From Salipiger bermudensis (GTDB lineage: Archaea; Thermoplasmatota; Poseidoniia; Poseidoniales; Poseidoniaceae): a stretch of DNA of 55,010 bases. The translations under genes were made by a program, and so were the position numbers. The stretch covers positions 1-55,010 of the forward strand of contig CAXQWT010000116.1 of assembly GCA_964227855.1 (NCBI GenBank). The letters run 5' to 3'. Numbering within the stretch: the first letter of the stretch is position 1; the number at the start of each line of letters is the position of its first letter. This document shows positions 7,992 to 19,900 of the stretch, one piece after another. The notes beneath the pieces were generated by a model that was not told where the DNA came from, did not search any database, and saw only the letters and a list, made by a program, of their open reading frames with translations.

Positions 7992-10900
7992 TTCGTCCTC
8001 GACGATGCGTCGAGTGTCTTCTTCTTCTTCGTCTTCTTCTTCACGGCGGCTTGACATTGCAAGAGCGGTGACGAAGAAGCCAGCAAGGGCTACGACGACG
8101 AGGCTTGGTGCGAACGATGGAACGGATCCAATACCGCCACCGAGTTGAACTACGGATGGCAACTTGTCACCACTGCTGAGGAAGTCCTCAGAAGGCTTGT
8201 TCGCATGGTTGCAGGTTGTTGGGATTCCAGCGTCACTACCAACAGCGGATGCGTTGGAGAACATGACGTTGTTACACCAGTCACTGTCTTGGAGAAGTGG
8301 TCGGCGTTGCGACTCCTTCAATCCATCGTCACCGTATGCACCAGGCTTGGACCATTGGTCACCAACAACACCGCCACCATAGTTGATGTGGGATGTTGGA
8401 TCATCGGTCTGGAACCGTTGTGCTGGAGACTTTGACATGTCACACTCTGCGTCGAGACAGGTGAGGACATCCATCTCAACCCAGATGTATGGTGTGTCAC
8501 CGTTGCCGTTGTCGACAATGTAGACATATTCACTGACTGTGATGGTCTCGCCCCATTCTGGAGGTGTGATGTACATGACGTTCTCTGCTTCACCGTGACC
8601 TCCACTGGTGTGGAAGGTTACAGCCAACATGTGATCGTAGGTGTATGGTCCTTGATCTCCGCCAGCACCGACGTTGACTTCAACAGGTACGTAGGTACCA
8701 GTGAGGACGTTGTTGATGCCTAGGAAGTCAAATCCGACGACGTCATCGAAGTAGTAGTCTGCGACGAGTTCTCGAACGTTCTCAACACGGACACCAATCT
8801 CTTGCGTTGCAACACCTTGTTGGTAGCTTGCAATAGGCATGACTGCTGGGTCGTAGTTTGGCACATAACTTGGTGCAGTAGCAGTATCCTTGAGGACAAG
8901 GCGGATTTGACAGAAGTCAGATCCACTTGGTCCGATTTGGTGGATACCGTTGTTGTTCAAGTAATCGATTTCCCAAGCGTTAGCAGTGGTTGTTGCATCT
9001 GGAACGAGTGTAAAGACGAGGTTGTCTCCAACAATTTCAGTGCTGAAGTAGTTCTCGTACGTACACTGGTCTGTCGATTCAACAGTCCATGTTAAGTCAG
9101 CAGCGTTGTGGTCAATGTCGTACTTGACTGCAGACAGGTCGTAGGTCAAGTTGTTGGCATTGGTGTCATCTTCCATGAGGCTGATGGACCAAGGAGCAAC
9201 CGGAGTAGATCCGTTTGCTGCGGTAACAACTGCGCCTGTAGCAACATCCCAGTCGAGGACGACTGGAGCGTCGTTCACTGGGCTGACTGAGAAGTCAACA
9301 GTGTATTCATCTGCATCTTGGTTCTCTGCACCATCATCACTGAGTGTGAGTGTTACAGTACAGGTACCACCAAGTTCGTTACCGGTGTTCTCTGTAATGG
9401 TCAACTCGTTTGCAGTGACGGTTACACCGAATGCGATACATTCGGTTGGTACGGATGCACCCCAAGTGTAGACTTGGCGAACAGGGCTCTGCTCGTTGTC
9501 CATGTCACGGATGTACGACTTGCTTGCATTGGAGATGTCTCCAAGGAACTTGGAGACGCTACCGAATCCTTCAGGAACGATGTTCGTGTAAGCTCCGTCG
9601 TCGACGAAGACTGGCATACAATCAGGGCGTTCTGCATTACAGATTACTGGCTTGTCGTTGATGTTGTTGACTGTCAAGGTCATGTTCTTGGTGTCGGTCA
9701 AGCCGTGGCTGTCCGTAACAATGAACTCGAACTCGACAGTACCGAACTGATCGTCGAGAGGTGTGATGGTTACGGTGTGACCGTTCTTGTTCCAATCGAC
9801 CAAGACGTTGCTGTGGGCAACGGTTGTTCCCTCAGTGACGGTCCATGTGAGAGTTGCCTCATCATCTTGGACATCGTCTGCAAGGTTGGTCAAGGAGAAG
9901 GTGTATGCACCACTGTCCTCATCAACTGCATCATCTGCTAGAGTTGCTTGGATTTCAGGACATGCACGCTTGATGTCAACGGTGAGCTCTTGGTTGGTCG
10001 CCATCGAAACAGCGTCAACAGTTGCCCAGTCGTAAGCACAGTCAGCCTTTGTCTTGATCATCACATCGTAGTCCTTTGCAGGTCCTGCTGTTGTGGTACC
10101 CTTGTATGTACGGTAGACAAGAACTTCGTCGCTGATGGTTCCACTTTCAAGATCGTCATGAGTTGTCTCAATGGAGATGTACTCGCCAAGTGTTTGAACA
10201 CCTGTGGTAACGGTCTGAGTTGGGTGGACAGTCTGAATGTTCGCTGAACTGTCTTGGACGACAGCGACGATGTTCACTGCATCAGGAGTTCCACCAATTC
10301 GGCTGAATGGGATTGCAATTTCGAAGAAACCTGCAGTTGTTGTTCCCAAGTCAGCGTCAACAGCATCTGTGGACAAGGAGCTTGCACCCCAGCCAAGGAA
10401 TCCATTGGAGTAGAGATCCATGTTGGAGTCGCTTGTTGCCCAGAAGAGGTAGTCTGCTTGAACCGGTAGTGTGTGAGCACCGTTGAGGTTGTAACCAGTG
10501 TTTGAACCGCCAGCAACGACATCGAGGTAAATCAAGAGGTCGTTGTTGGTGAGGTCTTCACCAGTCATACCGATGTAGATTGCATCACCCTCACTGTATG
10601 TGACATAGAAGTCATTGGTTCCGTCTCCAGAGACCATACCAGGCATAGCATCGTCGGATGGGTTCAATGGCGTGTTACCAATCCAATCCGAGTCATCACC
10701 GTCAACAGCCATGATGTCTGGCTGGAAGGATGGTGAAACGTATGCAGCACGGGTTCCGTCAGTGGATACCAATGTCATACCAACCGCAGTTGCAGCACCT
10801 GTGAGGTGAGTTGCATCTAGGCTGAAGAGGTTCGCTTCGTCAATGGTTGCAGAGGATACAATGCTGATCTTCTGGTTGTCGAGCGTGTTACCGATACTGG

Positions 10901-13900
10901 TAACGTAGGCGTTCGAGCCAGCGTTGATTTGCGTTGTCGCTGCAGACCAGGTCAAGTTCTCAACCGATCCAACCGACTCGACAGCGTGGATAGCTGTTGT
11001 CGCTGTTGAGGTGCCGCCGTCCCATCGGAACTCGGTGTTCTCAGCATAGACACCAACGTCACCTGCTGCATCGAGTGGATAAATCCACGAATAGTCACCG
11101 TCAACCATGTAGAGGCCGGTACCGGTTGTTCCACCGTCAACGGATGCGCCAATTGCAGTGACTGTTGCACTGTCTGCGTAGACACCAGCAGTTGTTCCTG
11201 CGATGTCTGCATCTCCTGTGAGTAGGAGCGTTGCAGAGTCAACAGATACACCGTAAGCGTATCCTGCGACGGAGGTTCCATCGAGTGTGAGATCGTCTCC
11301 CGAGTTGAGGGATGAGATACCAATTGTGGAGGAAGCGCCTGTTCCAACGAAGGTTGAATCAACATCGCTTACATCACAACCATCGGTAACCATAGCGTTG
11401 TCACCGAGTGTAACTGCGTTCTCTCTGCTCTGGATGGTTACCTTATCACAGTCGTTGAAATCAAGTCCAACAGCGTTCGGTGCTGTTCGTCCAGCACTGA
11501 TACCGATGGTGTTGTTCTCAACAACAGGTCCTGAGTATCCACCAGCAGAGGTTCCGTAGTAGACAGCAATGTTCGCTCCACCGTCGCCCCATGTGTCAGT
11601 TACCTTGAGGCTGTACTGACCGGATGTGGTGTAAGAGGTAAGTCGTGCATAGAGGGTGTTCGAGTTGAACGACCCTGCTGCCCAGTTGTCCTTGGTTCCA
11701 TCAGGCTTGGTAATTTCAAGACCGATTTCACCGCCCCAACTGTCTGATTCAAGATCAACGTAGACTGTCACACCTGATGGGACCGTAAAGGTACATGTGC
11801 TCGATGTACGGTATGCATTGGATGCAATGGTACACAACGAGGTCGTTGGTGCAGGTGGGCTTGTAGCGTCTTCCATGTAGATTCCGCCGTCAGCGTCGAG
11901 CAACGAGTTGTTGGAAACAACACCGTATCCTGCATCGACTTCAATACCAGCTTCACCGTCTTCTGCGGTTCCGATGATTTCGTTGTTATCGATCTTGTAC
12001 GCTTGTACACCGTACATCTGGATAGCAGTCTGAGGACCGTTGAAGTAGTTGTCTTCAACTGTGATTCGCTTGTTTTGGCCACTGTAAGCCTGGAATCCTT
12101 CTTCAGATGATGTGCTGTTGAACCAGTTGCCGGTAACGAGTAGGTCATCAGCGTATCCATTCGATCCAACCCAAATGTCTCCGATTTCTCCACCGTCAAG
12201 GAATTCGTTTCCTTCGATGGTGAAGTTGTCAGCACCAAACTCGTTGGCGTTGTGGGTGTATGCGTATGGGCTTCGGACCAAGTAAACACCAACACCACAG
12301 TCGTTGAAGGTGCTGTCCTTGATGTACGAACCATCCGTACCCGTAATGTAGGTACAAACGTCAGTACTCTGGATAGCATTGTTCAATGGGGTGTATCCCT
12401 TGAAGTGGGTGACCGTTACGTTCTCCATCTGGAAGAAGTGAGACTCGTGGTCGTAATTGTTCCAAGAGGATTTGTATGCCATACCGCTAGCGATGGTAGC
12501 AACTGGATTCAGAGTTGTATCCTTGATCGAAATTGCCATTGCGTCGTAGACGTATCCAAGTTCGAGACCAGTTTGTTGACCGGTGTCAGGGTTCGTACCT
12601 ACTCCGTAAACTTCCGAATTGTGCATGTACAATTCTGGAGCGTTGCTACCGCTTGCAGCATACCAACGCTGTGTGTCGGAGAACGTGTATGAACCAGTGA
12701 CAAGAACCAATGTGTTGTTCCAGTTGTGCTCATCGTTGTCATCGAAGTAGAAGAACGGAATGTCCATCATGATCGTCTTACCTGACATGTCACCAGGTGT
12801 CGCAGCGTAGTATCCGTACTCCTTGTAAGTTCCACCGTTACCATCAGAGAGGTCACGGCTACCGCCTGTGCTGAGATATCCGGCACAGTTGGAAACCATT
12901 TCGTAGGATGTGCTGCTCCAGCTGTAACAGACACGAGCATCGATTCGATCGGTCAGTGTAATGCTTCCAGTGTTTCCACTCGCATCGTTTAATGAGAGGG
13001 TTTGGAAGGCATAGCGGAAGTCACCCTTGGTCGAAGTGTAATCAATCTTAGCGACTGTTACAGCTTCGTAACCAGCGAGGTCATCGTTGGTAGTTCCAGT
13101 TGAGTCAACACGGATTGTTCGGAACAGGATGCCTTCTGCATCACCGTTCGAATCGGTTGTGCTTGCTCCAGTGATCTTCTTGTTAACGTTCATCAAAACG
13201 ACGTTGGTGTCGGCCACTGCGTTGGAATCTGCCTGTAGGTTAATGGTGAGTTCTCGCATGCGCTCAAATCCACCAGTTCCCGTGACATCGACCTTGGTCG
13301 GATCAACGGTACCTTCGATGAAATCGACTTCGCTTGTTCCGGTAATCTTCACATCACTCAATGTGTTTGCGAAGGTGGAATCACTAACAGTGATGTCACC
13401 AGAACCTGCAGTCTCAATTCCTACATTGTTACCCGAGACGGTCACGCTGTTGAAGGAGACATCCTTTACAGTTTGAGGACCGTACTTGTACGCTGCACCG
13501 GCACTGTTTGTGATGGTTCCAGAGAGATCGCCTCCAAAGTCCTTCACGTAGTAGATACCAGCGTTGTTCTGACCGTCAAAGTCGATGTTGGTCATGTCCA
13601 TTTGTCCAGAACCTGAACTTGAGACAAGCATACCATAATCTCCGCCATCAACTGCAACATCGTTCATGGAAGCAGCTGTAGCACCAACGACTTCGATACC
13701 TTGATCGGTCGGCGAGGTGATGTCGATTCCGTCAAAGTTTCCGGAAGCGAAGTTACCGCCGATTGCGATACCGGTTTCTGCGCCAGTGATGGCACCGTTC
13801 TCAAAGGAAGCAGTACCACTGTCACGTAGGTAGTCACCAAGAGAACTTGGGTCGTTACCAACACGGGCAACGAGATCAAGTCGGTCTTGGTAGTTGTCTG

Positions 13901-16900
13901 CACGGTTGTGTAGAACGTCAACGTACATTGTTACTCCAGTGATCGATGAATCAGAGATGTCAACGATAGGGAAGGTCATACGAGCTCCCTGTCCTGGGTT
14001 CATGTAGTAGCTGTAAGCGTAATCCAAACAGATGTTGTAGTAACCACCGTATCCGACGTAGCCTTCAGGTGGCTTGTAGACACCTTGACCACCGTGGTAG
14101 GAGTTGTAGTAGTAACCCCAGTAGTGGTATGGGTAGGATCCGTAGGATGGGTTCGTGTCTTCACTGATTTCGCCCCAGCGGAATCCGAACTGGTCTGGGT
14201 AGTAGTAGTAACCTGGGTAGGAAACGTACTGTTGTGGACCTTGTGACCAGTATCTCCAGATGTAGTATAGGTAACCGTCAAAGGAACCGGTGTAGCCTGG
14301 ACCCCAACTGTAACCGTAGTCGTTGCAGTGCCATGATGCGACACCACCTTCACCACCAGCATAGGTAGCAGCTCCGTTTCCTGACTTAGGATCGCTTGAA
14401 CTGTATGGGTAGTAACCCAACTTGTCAGGTGTCGAGATGTTTTCTGAAACTTCTCCAGATCCATCATCGTAGGTGATTTCGATGTTCCATCGGTCGGTCA
14501 ACATGTAGTACTTGCTTGAAGCATAGTTGTATGTTGGGTGAGCGTTACCTCCACCGTAGATGGAGTTGGCTCCAACTTGTAGGTAGTCTCCTGAACCTAG
14601 GAATGCAGTGAGATCAACTGCATAGGTATGCCATCCAGTCGATTGTCCCGAGAGGGATGTCGAACGGTAGATGGTTGGTAGGCTCATACCTCCGTAGACG
14701 TCAACACCAACGGTGTTGTCTGTCGAGGTAAATCCATCGATTTGAGGAGCACCGTTGTAGGATTGGATACCAACAGCAGCGTTTGATACAGCGATGTTGC
14801 TGTATGCACCACTTGCTTGCTCGACCCAGAGGGCGGTACCTGTGTTTCCGACGTTGATAATGCTCGATGAATCGATGTTCGCAGAGCCGCCATCGATTTT
14901 GACCGTTGCCATTTCATCCGAAGTAGCAGAGGAACCATAGATGGTACCTGAGTTCTTCATGACGAGTGTAGCACCGTCACCGATGTAGAGTGCAGCACCT
15001 GTGGTAGAGTCTTGAGCGACGTCACGGACGGTACCGCCATCAACTTCGAGTATTCCATCTTGGACATCGATGTGAAGTGGGTATGTCGAGGATACAGCCT
15101 GGAGTGCACCAGTTGCAACGCTTGACTTACCGACGAGCAACTTTCCGCCGTTTGAGAGTGTCAAAACAGGCGTGCTTGTTGCTGTGGACTTCACTTTGAG
15201 AACAGCACCCATCAACTTGATGACACAACCGTTGAGGTTGAGATCTTCCGTCAATGTCATTGGCGTTCCGTCAAATTCGTAGATGGTGTGTCCAGCAGGT
15301 GTTGTACCGTTGGTTGGTAGACCGGCGCCAGTATCAGCGTCGACCCAGTTAGCCAACCAAGTACAATCCATGTTGGTTCCGTTGAAGTCAACAGGGGCAG
15401 GTTCGAGCAACATTGCAAACGAACTGCTAATGGTGAATCCACTGGTAGGATACCAAGCATCGACTGTTGTTGTTTCGTTCTGTCCAGCAGGACCGAACGC
15501 ACGGAGGTTGTGGTCGGAGTATGTGTTGCCGTTGCTGTCACCGGTGATGACCCAAACGTCAGCTTCTCCTGCTCCATCAGTGATGTGCGATCCAACCTCA
15601 AAGAGTTCGGAACCAGCGCTGTTAACGACGCTTGCACTGACGACGTGGCCGCTCTTGTTGACTTCCCAAATCTCTGTGACGCCGTTAACGTTGACGGCCT
15701 CGAGTCGGTAAGCACGGAGTTCCGCAAGTCCACCGAAGTAGGTCACTGCAGAACCAGAGTTGTAAACGTCACAGTCTCCAGTGTCTCCGTTGGAATCAGC
15801 ACAGTCGTTTCCGTTTTGGTCGACCTCAATCAGGCGGATGTCCGCGTTTGAACTACCGTATGCGAGGTAGACACCGTTTCCAGCGTTGGAACTCGTGATG
15901 CCGATGTTACCAAGGGTCATCTTGGAGTTACGAGCGTAGACGGCGTGGTCTGTGCTTGATGTGTGTGTCAACGAACCGCCATCGAAAATCATGGTGTTTG
16001 GAGCAGCACTGCTTGAACAGCTGCTGTACAAACGGTCTGAATCGATGGTTGTAGCATCAATGATCCATCCACAACCAGCGACACCGAATCGTCCGGAGTC
16101 AAGGTTGGTGACAACCATTGCATCAGTGGTGATTGCGTTACCAGAGAAGTCAATGTGACCTGCAGTAACATCAGCAAAGATCGATGGTTGCATGCGGTAG
16201 ATGAGCATGTCACCGGTGGTGACGTCGTTCATGATAGCATGGTCACCTGATGGACCGTTCGCCGTGCTTGAAGAGCCACCTGGAGCGATGGTCAAATCAG
16301 CACTTCCCCAATCCACTTCAGTCATGTTGATGTGACCAAGTGCGTTGATCGATGCGCTTGAGTAATCGTCAGCGTCGAAATTGAACAACTTGACTTCACT
16401 CGATACACCAAAGTCCGACGAGAAGACTGTACCGGATTGTGCAGTTCCCGATGTGACGGTAGCGGTAACGTTTGACACGGTGACATGTTGGAGATCGGTG
16501 TCAATCAAATTGACGTACGCGTTCTCAATGGTCACGTTCTCAACGTGGAGCATACCACCTGTTGAACCAGGGTAGTTGACAATCGCACCAGCCCATGATT
16601 CACCATCTGTGTTACAGTTGGTCATGGTACCTTCCTTGAACATTGCATTTGCGCTCGAAGGGAGGTTAATACATGCCTTGTCAGCACCGGAGATGCTGAA
16701 ATCGTTCATGGTAATGCCTGTTCCTTGACCGCTACCGTGACGGATTGCCGTCTCGACGTTGGTAAAGGTGACGTGGCTGAGCGTGAAGTTTCCAACGTTG
16801 CTGTTGGAGTAGCACGGTCGAGTACCACCAGAGCTGTCAGCACAGTATGCGTTGTAATCGCCATGGCGTGAACCAGCGGAGATCGCTGCTGTGCTTGTGT

Positions 16901-19900
16901 TGTTGAAGTCAACGTAGCTGAAGACGTGTCGGTTATCGGTACCGCCTGTAGTGGTACAGTCGTCCGTGAAGGACAGACCCTTCCACTCAGCGCCATTTTG
17001 TCCCTCGAAAAGGATGTGATGGCTTGCGTTTCCGGATGCCGTGACTGAATCACAAGAACCGTCAACAGAGATACCTTTGCCTTGTGCCACTTGGATGACA
17101 GTACCTGGCTCAATGGTCAGGTCGCCGCCAGTGACGGACAGGAAGTCGCCGTTCGGGCTGATTCGGTATGGTGAACCTTCGTTGTCCCAGATACACTCAA
17201 TGTTGTTTCCTGAACAATCGAGGTCACTGTCAATATCAGTTCCCTTTCCTTCGAATGGCATTGCACGGACATAAACACCACAATCGGTGTTGGTGTTATC
17301 GTAACAGTAGTAACTACCGTAGTAACTCCACCATGGTGCAATGGTTCCCGGTCGAGCAGCAGAGTTGCTCGAGTATGGCAATGCAGGCATGTTGGTTCCC
17401 CATGTTGTGATACCTCGCTCAAGAGCAGTTGAACCGCTGTCGATCATGTAGAGGTAACCGAGACGACCAATTCGAAGTCGGTCGTTGCTGTCATCACCAT
17501 CAAAGGACTTCTGGAAGTAATCGAACTTGAAACCTGATGGCAAATCGATGTTTGCGTTACATCCGGTCTTGTATTGGTTCCAGTAGTAGCTGTATGCACA
17601 GTAGTAACCTGTTGGACGTCCGTTGGATGTACCTGAGATAACTTCTGCAGCGTTGGTTACGGACTTGATTCCTGTTGAGAAGGTCTCGTATCCGTGGTCG
17701 TTACCGTCCGTAGAGATACGGAAGTTCGTGGTGTGAGGGTTGTTACCAGCCATGTATCCGCCACCAGGGTTTCGCATGGTGTCACCCTTGGTACGGGTGT
17801 GGTCCATGTATCCTACAGTAGCATAGTCGTAGTATGCGTTACATGAGGAATCATACTTGAACTCAATCTCATTGGTAACGTCATAGAAGATGACTTGGTA
17901 GTCACACAGGTATTGTGTGTTGTATCCCATGTCTCGCCATTCGACGATAAGCATCATGTTTGGATCACCGACTTCGAAGCTGTTCGCCGTCGTTGTCTTG
18001 GCGTTGGTTCCACTAGATGCTGTTGATGTGTCAACAGATGTTGCGTAGTATGTGATGTAATCGCCACGCTCAAAGTTGGAGAGTTCGACTGACCAGTCAC
18101 ACTCTGCGTCAACACAATCGGTCCGTTGTTTGTTACCGGCTGGATTGAGTTTCACAGCGGTGTACGAACCGTTGTTCACGCTGTAATAGAGCGTAGGACC
18201 TTCACCGATGGTGTTGTTCACGTTCAATCCTGATGGTGGATCACCAGCATCGGAAATTGTGTAGGTGAACGTACGAGACTTGCTGTGCGAATCTCGCATT
18301 TGTCCGTGGTCCATGGTTGGAGCGCTGGTATCCGGTGTTGGAGCAACATTTCCTACCTTGTAGGTTGTTGAACCAGAGGAAGCCATGCGTCCGTAGTAAC
18401 CTGCGCTAAGAGCGAATCCACTCCATCGGTAGGATGTGGAGTATGCGTAATAGTATCCGGAGGAACATCGTGCATTGGTGCTTGTAGAGCGGTAGAAGTA
18501 GTAGAAACCGTTTGTTCCTGCGCAGAGCCAGTTGGCCTTGGAGGTACTGTAGGTTCCGTTCCAATCAAACTTACCGAAGGTTCCTGTGATGTCAAGACCT
18601 GCTAGCGGGATGTTGTATGCAGCGGTGTAACCGTAAGTGCTTACTTGAGTAGCAGTGCTACCACCAGCGAGCTTGCCGGTTTCGATTTCTGGTGTTGAGT
18701 CACCAATACCGACCATACCCCAATTGTTGCCAGTGGAATCGTAGTGGTAAATGAGGTTCATCTGAGGACCGTTCTTTGCACTGATTGCAAGGAAACCGCC
18801 GTCACCTTGGTGCATCTCCATCATACCTGATCGAGTTCCACCGTAGCCGTTGTATCCACTGCTAGGGCTGGTTGTCCACTGCATCTTCCACTGTGAGTAG
18901 AAGTAGTACGAGGACGAGTAGAAACAGGAGTAACTACCTGTTCCACAGTTGGAGACATCCCACTCGAAGAGATACTCATCGCTGTGGTCGTAATAGGTCA
19001 TTTGTCGGTCGTGGTAACCTTGAGGGTTGTAGTAACTACCAGAGTGTACGTCCGTTTGTAGGACGGTGAACTTCTTGGCAGTTCCAGCGTTTGTTACATC
19101 GTCAACAAAGAACCAGTTGGCGTTTCCGGCAGTTTGAACCCATGTGGTTGGGTTGGTTGCAGATGCAGGCGGGGTTGGGTCGTAACCAACGTTCGCACCG
19201 CTTCCGCCAGTGTTCAAGTCTTGGAACTTCCAGTAGTACTCAACGTAGTCGCCTGCGCTGATGTCTGGTGTTGTCGCCTTGAAACGGCAATCGGTAGATG
19301 TCGTGCTGCAAGATTGAACCGTTGTCGCACTGACAGAGGTCCAGGTTGCGTTGTTGATGCTGTAGAACAACTTGACACCGTTTGTTGAGGTTGTATCAAT
19401 TCCAGAGAGGTCAGTCAACTTGGTGAAGAAGGTGCGCTCACCTTCGACGTAGGAAGTGAGACCTGAGTACGGTACGTGACTAGAAGTTGGGGCGTCCGTG
19501 TCAGATCCACCAGAGTAGATGACTTCGAGGTAGCTGTTGGAACCACCGCTGTTGTACGAGCGAGTGTAGATGTAGATGCTCGAGGTCATTCGAGCACCCA
19601 TTCCGACAGTACCGGAGTTCGATTGTGCGTTGATAATGTAGTTGTGAGAACCTGTGGAAGAAGAACATGCAGTTCCTTGTGCGTTGTTGTTGTCACAAAT
19701 TTCAGCAGTCTTCCAACCTGTACCTTGGGAGTAGGTACCTGCAGCAGCCGAGTTACCGATTGAGGAAATCAACTTACGCTCGTTGGTGTTCGAGTTCGAA
19801 CCAGACAACAAGTTCGCAGAGATTGCTCCGGAACAGGATGCAGAGGAAATACCGTAGTTGTATCGTGCGTCAGTACCACACGCTTCAAGAACTGTAGCGG

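Noticed and set aside
8055-8126. The SVPSF motif plus hydrophobic helix plus RR, as a PGF-CTERM/archaeosortase sorting signal.
   Set aside because: The tripeptide is PSF, not PGF. The segment is not C-terminal, since 198 more codons follow. No archaeosortase gene is in the window. It is kept only as a secondary possibility within the fusion finding.
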